From Terriglobia bacterium (GTDB taxonomy: Bacteria > Acidobacteriota > Terriglobia > 20CM-2-55-15), in NCBI GenBank assembly GCA_963664115.2, contig CAXWPJ010000009.1, forward strand, positions 1,229,898 to 1,293,897: a stretch of 64,000 bases of DNA, given 5' to 3'. Positions 1 through 8,397 of the stretch are shown here, one piece after another. Each line of letters begins with the position of its first letter. Positions within the stretch are counted from its first letter, which is position 1. The notes beneath the pieces were generated by a model. That model worked only from the letters and a program-made list of their open reading frames with translations. It was not told the origin of the DNA and made no database searches. The position numbers and the translations under genes are program-made.

Positions 1-574
1 GAAAGAGCGTTCGGTAAACGTCGACGCTACGATAGATCGCATGGTACTCGCCCTCTCTGTGCTCGTAACCGTTCGCAACGGTAGTCTCCCGTAAAACGAC
101 TCGCCCCCGATCACCGAGGCGTTCGATAACTGCTTGAACGAGCGCGATCGTGTCAGCGTCGCTCAGGTACATGCAGATTCCTCCTAAAAAGACGAGATCA
201 AATGGCCCCGGCGGCAATGGCTCTCGAACGTCCTGGTTCAGAAGCTCCACGTTCGACCGGTCCGTGAGCTTCTTTTTTGCAGCGACCAGCATCGCAGGGC
301 TCTGTTCAATCCCAATGACGCTGCCGAAGCGCTGAGCGAAGAACTCGGTCCAGGTCCCCGACCCACAGCCCAAGTCAAGTACACGTGCTTGCGGCCCCCC
401 GACATCGAGCCAGTCGCGTATCGCTCGGCGTTCCTTCTGGAAGCGATAACGAACAGCGTTTTCGGGCAAGTCTTGTGCGTGGGCCATGTAGCTCGCACAA
501 GCCGCCGTGTCGGGGCCAGCTTGAGCAAAGTAGCGCCTAACCTCCCGGTAGTCGATCTGGTATTTGCCACTCAT
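1..574 (-). CDS. Class I SAM-dependent methyltransferase (3' end runs off the window; absent from the ORF track)
   Basis: Manual translation from ATG at 574: MSGKYQIDY...RVLDLGCGSGTW (motif I)...VIGIEQSPAML...PFDLVFLGG; no stop before base 1. Confidence 0.8.
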   Translation of the reverse strand, partial: MSGKYQIDYREVRRYFAQAGPDTAACASYMAHAQDLPENAVRYRFQKERRAIRDWLDVGGPQARVLDLGCGSGTWTEFFAQRFGSVIGIEQSPAMLVAAKKKLTDRSNVELLNQDVREPLPPGPFDLVFLGGICMYLSDADTIALVQAVIERLGDRGRVVLRETTVANGYEHREGEYHAIYRSVDVYRTLF

Positions 575-699
575 GTTCTGTCGCGCACCTTTTACGCGAT
601 AGGCACCACAAACTACGTTTCAGCAGTCCGGTCGGTGTCGCTGGGCCTCGCTCTCGGCCCCCGCTGGTCAACTCATGCGGACTTAAACCGCCGCATTCG

Positions 700-800
700 T
701 TGTCAAAGTAGATTTTCGCGGGCTTTCCACACCTCGTCCATGACTCCTTACTTATTGCGGAGAGGATCTCGTAGCAGCCGAGTCGGGTGCCAGGGGGCAT
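700..800 (-). pseudogene. Ser/Thr protein kinase 5' stub
   Basis: MPPGTRLGCYEILSAISK, then after a frameshift VMDEVWKAREN; matches the N-terminus of the kinase at 61352. Confidence 0.7.
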
Positions 801-875
801 GATTCAGCGTGGACTGTTCTGAGCGGCGCAAACTCACTAAATGATATGTAAATAAGGGGTTAGAAGCAAATAGAG

Positions 876-915
876 TCTCAAGTCCTGAGAAACGACCTTG
901 TCGGACACTGAGAAT
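876..915. repeat. Palindromic repeat copy R1
   Basis: TCTCA-a-GTCC-tGAGAAacgaccTTgTC-GGAC-ac-TGAGAat; homologous to 1022, 4326/5812, 49172 and 61241. Confidence 0.75.
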
Positions 916-1021
916 AGGCGAGCTTCGAGTGTCGCAGTAATTCATTGAAACAATGAGAGATATAGCTCGTTAGCGACCAATCGAGGAAGGGCAGGCGAGA
1001 GGAGGATTTCCGTTCGGTGAA

Positions 1022-1063
1022 ATTCTCAATGTCCGCGAAGATGATTTATCGGGACCTGAGAAT
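1022..1063. repeat. Palindromic repeat copy R2 (empty IS1111 target)
   Basis: ATTCTCA-at-GTCC-gcgaagatgatttatcg-GGAC-c-TGAGAAT. Confidence 0.8.
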
Positions 1064-1107
1064 CGTTTTTAAGGCAGGGCTCAAGAAAATTCGATGGCCG
1101 CCGGCTG

Positions 1108-1314
1108 GTGCAGCACTTGTTATGCCGTTTCTTCGCTGAAACAGAGAATGTATCCGTCGGGAACGGAGGCGAATCGGAGTGGTCGCCCGATGGCAGGACG
1201 CTCTACTTCCGAAACGGAAATCAGCTGCTGGCCGCCGACGTTCTTGATGCCGATAGTATGACTCTCGGTGTGCCGCGGCGGCTCCAGCTTTGCGACGGCT
1301 TATATCTCTCGTAA
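1108..1314 (+). pseudogene. C-terminal TolB/PD40 propeller fragment of a Ser/Thr kinase-type protein
   Basis: GGESEWSPDGRTLYFRNGNQLLAADV resembles GGSAPMWSRDGRELFYR in the kinase tail near 63720. Confidence 0.6.
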
Positions 1315-1431
1315 TTCACCATCCTGACGCCTGCTTCGCCCCCTGATAGCGGCCGTTCGAAGACAATGCCTCAGGTCTGAGATGAACTCAGGGTTTAACT
1401 TTGGGACTCGGCGGATTTCGGGCCCCTCGCG

Positions 1432-1842
1432 CTAGTCTTTGCTCGTGCCGCGAATGTTGGAACCCGTTCCTCGCGAGTAATACACGCCGTTCACTTCCAT
1501 ACCCATGAACTCCCCGGTGCGTCGGGACTTGTTCCGTGGAGGATGAGCGATGATCTTGACCCGATTCCCGACCTTGAGAATCTGCGGCGAGATTCCGGAT
1601 GCCACCATGGACGCGGCCCCGGAGCCCTCAAAACCCCAGCTCTCCGTCCCGCCCTCGGCAATCGGCACATCGAGGGTGACCCACATGTGCGGATTCCTCC
1701 ACTCGACGTTGGTGACCACGCCTTCGACGGAAATTAACACGTCCACGTCGAACATCGCACGCGAATGATGGGCCGACAGCGGCGCCGCCATTGACACGAA
1801 TCCGAGAAGCATCGCTAGGATGCCGAGTGCCTTCCAAAACAT
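1432..1842 (-). CDS. Exported DUF6152-like protein
   Basis: RBS AAGGAGG before ATG 1842; signal peptide ending LSA-HHS; VEWRNPH motif. Confidence 0.75.
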   Translation of the reverse strand: MFWKALGILAMLLGFVSMAAPLSAHHSRAMFDVDVLISVEGVVTNVEWRNPHMWVTLDVPIAEGGTESWGFEGSGAASMVASGISPQILKVGNRVKIIAHPPRNKSRRTGEFMGMEVNGVYYSRGTGSNIRGTSKD

Positions 1843-1895
1843 ACCTGCCTCCTTCAAAATCGCGACAGCGATTCGCCACCCAAGTGCTGAATTCG

Positions 1896-2754
1896 TTAAC
1901 CGAGGCGCGAAAGATAGGTCTCCGGTCCATCCTCCGGCCGGCACAAGACCTCTTCGATTTGATCGACCGTCTGACGCTTGAAGGTGACCGTCGGCGTCTC
2001 CCAGGGTATCGTCAGCGAGTTCTCATCTTCTGCCCTCGCCTGATACTCGAGCGTGTCGGCATCGATGCGACGCCACCGCTCGACGACGTGCATCGCGTCA
2101 GAGGTCAACCACACGCCCGTGCTGGCGTTCGTCGGCCTATCCTCGGGGCTCGCCAGCCATCCTTCACCGTTGAATGAAACCACGTCGACCACGAGCGTGT
2201 CCCCTTCCCACACTGCCGTTGAGTCGCCCATGTAAGTGGGATACAAATACTGCTCCGCGGTGTGCGGCCTTCCGGTCGTTGGAATGATCCGGTAGACCGG
2301 GTACGCCTCGGTGAGCACGAATGCGAATCCGGGGCTCTGAATAATCTGGATTGGGTGCCCCAGCATCGCGGCGCGCGGAAAAGCGGGAGGAGCGCAGCAG
2401 GGTTGGGCAGCGAGAGTTCCTCCATCCAGGGTTCCGGTCGTTGGAATGATCCGGTAGACCGGGCGGGTCATCCTCCGCCGAGAGTTCCTCCATCCGAGCG
2501 CGCGCGGCGGGCGTGTACAGTCCCTCGAGCGTCGCCAGATCAAACGTATCGCGTCCGGAACTAGCGCCAAGGGGCGGCGCCCTCCAGACACCAGCTAGAT
2601 CTGGCTCTCCCCACTCGGTCCGCGCCGAAAACGAACCGGTACCTGTCGAGGCGCTGTCGTTCGCGCCGTTCTCGTCCATCACTAGTCGCAGGCCGAGCAG
2701 CACGGCAGCTCCAACGACCAAGCCAATGCCAATAGTCATCGCACGTCCGCTCAT
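1896..2754 (-). pseudogene. Exported hypothetical protein (RTxWGxPDLxGxW...WEGDTLVV family), frameshifted by short internal duplications
   Basis: N-terminal half (MSGRAMTIG...ARTEWGEPDLAGVW) and C-terminal half (YMGDSTAVWEGDTLVVDV) lie in different frames; 2270-2301 is repeated at 2432-2463. Confidence 0.65.
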
Positions 2755-4028
2755 TGGACACCCCCGTCGAGGGTTCAACGGCGGGCGCACCCGACGCCTC
2801 CCTCTCTGCTTGCTGGACGGCGAACTCCCGGTGTCGCGCGTCCAACTCGGGATCCGGGAAGCAGAGTGACTCAAAGAGCGTGTCGTACGGCATGAGGCCC
2901 CGGCGAACGACCGATCCGGTCCATGGAGCCGTGAGCATTTTCGAGTCTTCAACGACCACGCTGTATTCAATGATCTGCGCGTCCGGCCGACTCCAGCGCT
3001 CGACGATGCGCAATGCGTCCGAGGAGGTTTGCGGCAGCTGATCCGGCGGCCGAGCTGGCCAAGCCAGGGCTTGCCGTTGAAGTTCAGGGTCACCTCCACG
3101 ACCAGCGTGTCGCCCTCCCAATGACCGACCGACGAGCCTTGAAAGGAAGGCTTGTGCGACGCACTCGGTTGGGGTTCGTTCTCGCCAACGATTGGGATGA
3201 TCCGGAAGTAGTCACCGCCCTCGTTGAGCATCAGGAGGTATCCCGGGGCTGACACCAGTTGGATGGTTCCGGCGCCGAGCCCGAGCGCGGCCAGCAGTGA
3301 TAGTTGGGGGTATCGATGCCTTGCCAATCGATCAGGCCGACCGCGGCACCTCCGCCCTCTCTGTATTCGCGCACCTCCGGACGGTACAGCGACTCCAGCG
3401 GAACCGGGGGCCGCAGCCAATAGACGCCCTGGGCCAAGCCAAAATCCACGACCAGCGTGTCGCCCTCCCAATGACCGACCGACGAGCCTTGAAAGGAAGG
3501 CTTGTGCGACGCACTCGGTTGGGGTTCGTTCTCGCCAACGATTGGGTGATCCGGAAGTGGCCCTCGTTGAGCATCAGGAGGTATCCCGGGGCTGACACCA
3601 GTTGGATGGTTCCGGCCGCCGATCAGTGAGTTGGGGGTATCGATGCCTTGCCAATCGATCAGGCCGACCGCGGCACCTCCGCCCTCTCTGTATTCGCGCA
3701 CCTCCGGACGGTACAGCGACTCCAGCGGAACCGGGGGCCGCGTGACTGTCGCGTCGGGCCAATAGACGCCCGAAAAATCCGGTTTCCCGTCCCACGACGT
3801 GCGTGGCACTGGATATTGCACAGGATCAGATTCGTACGCAACGAGACGCCCTCTCGCCTCGGAGCGAGTCTCCACGCCTTCAGGGAGGAGTTCTACAATC
3901 CGCTCTGTCCAGTCCGCGCCCGCCCCCGCCGCCTGTGGCGGGGTATAGGGCTCTATCTGAGCCGATGCGCGAAAAGCACCGAGGGCCACAAGCAGCGCCA
4001 TTACGGCGATTCCGGAACGAGTCAGCAT
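2751..4028 (-). pseudogene. Exported hypothetical protein of the same family, broken by a ~350-bp tandem duplication and frameshifts
   Basis: Signal peptide, PRTSWDGKPDFSGVYW, GHWEGDTLVV present twice; 3095-3447 is similar to 3445-3780. Confidence 0.65.
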
Positions 4029-4089
4029 CTCCGTCCCCCTAACTTTCTGATGCTCAAAGCATGCATTTCTGTGTGAAAAGAGAAGGTGG

Positions 4090-4225
4090 AAAATTCTTCA
4101 GGCAGCGTCTTGATCGCAACTTCACGCCCAAGTTTCGTGTCCTTGGCACGCCATACCTCACCCATACCACCCTTACCTAAGAGCGTTGAGATCTCGTAGT
4201 GGCCGAGTTTGGTACCGGATTCCAT
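4090..4225 (-). pseudogene. Ser/Thr protein kinase 5' stub (~45 codons)
   Basis: [45 protein letters not shown] is nearly identical to the 61352 kinase N-terminus, then homology is lost abruptly. Confidence 0.9.
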
Positions 4226-4468
4226 AAAATAGTGTGTGCCGAATCGAAAAGCGAAAATGTTGAATAAATCTAACTACAGGTGGGGGTTATAAGCAAGGAA
4301 GTTGTGAGCCCGTGGGCCTCGCCTAATTCTCAACGTCCGAGAAGATGATTTATTGATGGTATGGACTCCTCTTTGATGACTGAGTCGGCATCGAAGTGCC
4401 AAAGTCATTTTGAGCCTCGCAATAAAGCGGGCGAAACACGTGTACGTGTGAACAAAAAGGAGTCCGAG

Positions 4469-5503
4469 ATGAAGAATAGAACGATAGCAGTGGATCTGGC
4501 AAAGAATGTTTTTCAAATTGGTGTTTCAGATCGCCCCGGGCATGTAGAGAAAACCTATCGTTTAAGTCGGGCAAAGTTTCTGGGGTTCTTTGCGAACCAG
4601 GAGCTGGCGACCGTGGTGATGGAAGCCTGCGGATCCGCCCATTACTGGGGTCGGAAGATCCGGGAACTGGGACACACGGTCGTTCTGATCTCGCCGCAGT
4701 ATGTGACGCCCTACGTCAGGCGCAACAAGACCGACCGTACGGATGTGAAAGGATTGTTGGAAGCCTATCGTGACAGCGATATTCATCCAGTGCCGGTCAA
4801 AACCCTGGCCCAACAGCAACTGACCTCATTGCATCGAATCCGTTCGGCGTGGATGCGAACCCGAACCGCACGGATCAATACGGTGCGGGGGTTGTTACGG
4901 GAGTTTGGCTACGTGATCCCGACCGGAGCGGATCATCTGGTGCCGGGGGTAATGGAGCTGATCGAAGATGCAGATGTCGTCATCCCCAGTGTCGTTCGGG
5001 AGATGTTTCACCAGGTGTGTGGCGAGATCCGTGAATTGGAATCTCGCATGCGATCGGTGGAACAAGAGTTGAAGACGCTGGCTCGGCAGATGCCTGAGGT
5101 CGCGCGTCTGACGTCGATTCCCGGCATCGGCCTGTTAACGGCAACGGCAATGGTGGGGTTTGTTGGAAACATCAAACGATTCCGAACGTCCCGCCATTTT
5201 GCCAGTTATCTGGGACTCACACCCCGGGAACATTCCAGTGGCAACCAGCGACGCATGGGCCGGATCAGTAAGCAAGGCGATCGTTACCTCCGGATGCTGT
5301 TGGTTCATGGGGGCCGTTCCCTGTTGTGGAGTGCCCATCGAGAGGGCGCCACACCGACACCTCTCCAGCAATGGGGTCTCCAGAAACACGAGTTCCGCGG
5401 ACACAACAAGGCAATCGTTGCACTGGCCAACAAGTTGGCGCGTCGCGTGTGGGCGGTTTGGAACCGTGACTGTGACCATCAGGCCCGGTATCAGGCGGCC
5501 TGA
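4469..5503 (+). CDS. IS110-family DEDD transposase/recombinase
   Basis: RBS AAGGAG; VDLAK, MEAC, KTDRTD (DEDD), IPGIG, GLTPREHSSG, ALANKLAR. Confidence 0.95.
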   Translation: MKNRTIAVDLAKNVFQIGVSDRPGHVEKTYRLSRAKFLGFFANQELATVVMEACGSAHYWGRKIRELGHTVVLISPQYVTPYVRRNKTDRTDVKGLLEAYRDSDIHPVPVKTLAQQQLTSLHRIRSAWMRTRTARINTVRGLLREFGYVIPTGADHLVPGVMELIEDADVVIPSVVREMFHQVCGEIRELESRMRSVEQELKTLARQMPEVARLTSIPGIGLLTATAMVGFVGNIKRFRTSRHFASYLGLTPREHSSGNQRRMGRISKQGDRYLRMLLVHGGRSLLWSAHREGATPTPLQQWGLQKHEFRGHNKAIVALANKLARRVWAVWNRDCDHQARYQAA

Positions 5504-5796
5504 CCCGGAACAGTCGGAATATCTTTTCAGCGAGCTGCGATGAGGTTCGAGATGATGGCGTACCGGTCAGACCGGCGCGGGGCAACGCCGACAAGTCCTT
5601 TGGCCCTTAGAGGCCGTTATTTTATCGGTTGGCTCCCCGCGCGCAAATTTCCATCATGGCCTGGAACAATACAGTTCCACTTTTGAGGCCGAAGATACGG
5701 GTGCAGTCGACTAGCTACTCACCTCGTAACTTCTAGTCAGTCCTGCTGAATGCATTTTGCCGAAGAAAGCTGACGGGAGAGCTGCGCCTACTTGAC
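5504..5796 (+). ncRNA. Putative bridge/seek RNA of the IS1111 element
   Basis: Nested stems GCGCGGGG/CCCCGCGC, GCCGAC/GTTGGC and GGCC/GGCC; the internal-loop strands (CAAGTCC, TTTATCGG) match the two strands of the target; exact RNA ends unknown. Confidence 0.7.
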
Positions 5797-5834
5797 AGAG
5801 GAGTCCAGATACGGGACTTGACCTCATTCTTTGG

Positions 5835-6311
5835 TCACTGATCTTGCCGTTCTTGTTTGAGCTTATCTTGATAGATCTGCTCGTACTGCTGAATGCGTTC
5901 TAAATATCCGTCGGGATCGACGAAGCGCTCCGGATCGTAAGAGTCTCCAGGCTCGTATTTATCGTGAAGTCCGAAATGACCGGCATGTGATGAAACCCAG
6001 ACATCGAAAGTTCCTGCCAGCCTCTTTTGCCTGTCGAAGGTCTCAGCGTAAGCCTCACTGAAATTCGGGTAAGCCGGTGAATCGAGCAGCCGCACACGAT
6101 ACGCGATGCTGTAGGGATTCGCGAGGCCGCGCGCGACGACAACGACTCGGATATCCTGCCCTTCGGCGGTCTCGTAGGTCTTGGGCACGGGCGGCACCTT
6201 GAGCTCCGGTGCGACGGGGATGCCGTTCGCAAACGGCACGTTTTGCTGGGCGGCGGCCGGCGCCCAGACCAAGATCAACGATATAAGGAGTCCCCGTTTC
6301 ATATTTTCCAC
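5835..6311 (-). pseudogene. Chimeric ORF: PQQ-dependent sugar dehydrogenase-like N-terminus fused to a subclass B3 metallo-beta-lactamase-like C-terminus
   Basis: Signal peptide + YETAEGQDIRVVVVARGLANPYSIA, then YPNFSEAYAETF...DVWVSSHAGHFGLHDKY...FVDPDGY; no HxHxDH motif. Confidence 0.55.
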
Positions 6312-6455
6312 CGACCTCGAGTTTCCAGCGACGCACTGACCGCTTATTGCTATTGTGTATGAGCATAAAAAGCTCGGGGCGGGATGCGAAAGCTTGGCGT
6401 GACGCCGGTTAGGTGAACTGCCCCACAGTTCAAATAGGCAGCCAGGGGGAAGGTC

Positions 6456-7910
6456 ATGTTGAACAAGAGTTACCTTTGCGGCGCCGCGTTGCTCCTCATC
6501 GCGATCGGCACACAGATCGCTTGGGCAGATGACGCCGGATTATTGCGTACTACCTACGCGCTCGACGAAGCCCGTGGTTATTGCCTCGATATCCGGGGTT
6601 TCGGCGAAAACGCGAGAGTCGACGAACCGTTGCAGGTACATACGTGCAAATATGGCGCGGAGCTCGGGGATCAGATCTTTGCACGCACCGACGGGACGCG
6701 CGCGATATCGCTGCCCGAATACGATCGCTGCCTGGCCGCCACGGCGCTCGAGCCCGGCGCCACGCTACACGCGAGCGAGTGCACCGACAGCGCCAGGCAG
6801 CAGTGGCGCTTCGAGTGGGGGCGGCTGAGCCCCGAATCGCGACCGGATCTGTGCGTGTCGCTTGCCGGCGGCGCCGGAGCGGTCGCGGGAACGCCCGTAT
6901 TGATCACGCCCGTGTATCACAGCAGGTCGGTGAGCTTGGAGCGCTGCGATGACGCGCACAAGGCCCTCCAGACATTGCGCTTCTCGCCGCCCGATGAACG
7001 AGGCTTAAGCACGGCCGATGTCGCGCGTGAAGGCCTGCCGGCCGATGTCGCGGAGCGCCTCGCGGCTTTCGGGCGCGTGTTCGATGGACGGATCGCGGGC
7101 GAGACGGCTCAGATCGTAGCGCCCGTACCAACCCTCTACGAAGCGGCTGAGATCGAAGTCGTGGAAGGGCTCGCCTATGGCTCGCACGAGCGCCAGCAAC
7201 TCGACATTCACACGGCGACGGCGCGCAACTCGAACGATCCCGTGCCCGTCATTGTCGTCTTTCACGGCGGCGGCTTGATCGGCGGCAGCAAAGAATCGAC
7301 GGCGGCCGCTGCGAACTATTTCGCAAGCTTAGGACTAGTCGGCGTCAAGTCGAACTATCGTCTCGCCGGAACTCATCCTTGGCCTGCCGGCGCGCAAGAC
7401 ATCGGCGCGGCCGTGACTTGGCTCAGCGAGCATGCCGATGAATACGGCGGCGATCCCGAGCAGATATTCGTCATGGGCATCTCGACGGGCTCCTTCCATT
7501 CGGCGACTTACGTGTTCAGGCCCGAGCTCATGCCGCCCGGCACGATCCGCGCGGCCGGCGCGATCCTCATGTCGGGCCCGTATACGTTCGATTTCGACAA
7601 TCCGTCGCCCGGTGAGCGCGCGTATTTTGGCGAGAATGCGTCGGCGTATGCCGAGCGCGTCGTCCCAGGCAATGTCAGCAGCACCGATATTCCGGTGTTG
7701 TTTACGACGGCGGAGTGGGATGCGCCGCGCTACACGCGCTCATTGGCCATTCTGTTGCACGAGCTCGTCGTTGAGCATGGCGTTATGCCGCGCTATGCGC
7801 AGAGCCTAGGACACAATCATACGTCACAGTTGCTCTCGCTCGGCACGGCCGAAAAGAGCGTTTCGACGGAAATCGTCGACTTCATCGGGCAGGTGACAAA
7901 AGGGGACTGA
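6456..7910 (+). CDS. Secreted ricin-B-type lectin domain + alpha/beta-hydrolase (HSL-like esterase)
   Basis: Signal peptide; three CLD/CLA/CVS...Q(W) beta-trefoil repeats; HGGG, GISTG nucleophile elbow, EWD, HNH. Confidence 0.8.
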   Translation: MLNKSYLCGAALLLIAIGTQIAWADDAGLLRTTYALDEARGYCLDIRGFGENARVDEPLQVHTCKYGAELGDQIFARTDGTRAISLPEYDRCLAATALEPGATLHASECTDSARQQWRFEWGRLSPESRPDLCVSLAGGAGAVAGTPVLITPVYHSRSVSLERCDDAHKALQTLRFSPPDERGLSTADVAREGLPADVAERLAAFGRVFDGRIAGETAQIVAPVPTLYEAAEIEVVEGLAYGSHERQQLDIHTATARNSNDPVPVIVVFHGGGLIGGSKESTAAAANYFASLGLVGVKSNYRLAGTHPWPAGAQDIGAAVTWLSEHADEYGGDPEQIFVMGISTGSFHSATYVFRPELMPPGTIRAAGAILMSGPYTFDFDNPSPGERAYFGENASAYAERVVPGNVSSTDIPVLFTTAEWDAPRYTRSLAILLHELVVEHGVMPRYAQSLGHNHTSQLLSLGTAEKSVSTEIVDFIGQVTKGD

Positions 7911-8217
7911 CGAGTCCCTTTTGCCGTTGGCGCTATGCGTAGTAGTACTGGCCCATATCACATTCGATGCCCCCATGAAGAAGGAATACTTGGCGAAGCT
8001 GCGTTCCTTTATTGAGTCATTAGAGACATCCCTCTCTGAATGACATGGGTGAACTCATCAAGTAGCGCGCAGACCCTCCAACCTCAGGACCAATCTAGCG
8101 GACCATCACCCAGGATCGAGAACCTTAGGACTGGAGTGGTATAACTTGAAAACCGCCTCTTAGAAAAACGGCCCTTTTGTCCGAATTATTCTGACGACGT
8201 ACAGGCTCGAACCCAAC

Positions 8218-8268
8218 AAAGAAGCGGGTTCCGGCGTGCCCTCAAGCACTTCCGAAACCCGCTTTTTT
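8218..8268. terminator. Hairpin with T-tract (possibly bidirectional terminator)
   Basis: AAGCGGGTTCCGG...CCGAAACCCGCTTTTTT. Confidence 0.55.
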
Positions 8269-8270
8269 GC

Positions 8271-8310
8271 ATCCTAAATCCAGCGCGTCTGCCAGTTCCG
8301 CCACTTTCGC
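8271..8310 (-). tRNA. tRNA-Leu(TAG) 5' half only (truncated/pseudo)
   Basis: GCGAAAGTGGCGGAACTGGCAGACGCGCTGGATTTAGGAT covers the acceptor 5' strand, D arm and anticodon loop; no complementary 3' acceptor strand follows. Confidence 0.75.
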
Positions 8311-8397
8311 CCGAAATAATCGAAAGCTCAGTATACCTCAGGGCCTCCAGTCGATGGTTGGGTCGTGGAGGGCAGGTGCCGGGCTTCTTTCAGATGT

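Larger units (their letters stand above)
4354..5811 (+). mobile_element. IS110-family element, IS1111 group
   Basis: Sub-terminal IRs TGGACTCCTCT (4362-4372) and AGAGGAGTCCA (5797-5807); ~300-bp 3' non-coding region; no TSD; flanks rejoin to GATGATTTAT^CGGGAC, identical to the empty repeat R2. Confidence 0.9.

Noticed and set aside
876-1063. Palindromes as integron attC sites
   Set aside because: No RYYYAAC/GTTRRRY core sites, too short, and no integron integrase in the window.
3095-3780. Duplicated segments as a diversity-generating retroelement TR/VR pair
   Set aside because: Differences are indels rather than adenine-specific substitutions, and there is no reverse transcriptase gene.
5792-5811. 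Circle-junction promoter of IS1111 (TTGACA at the right end)
   Set aside because: A -35 box is present, but the best -10 (TATGAT) would be only 12 bp away and the hexamer at 17 bp is poor; not called.
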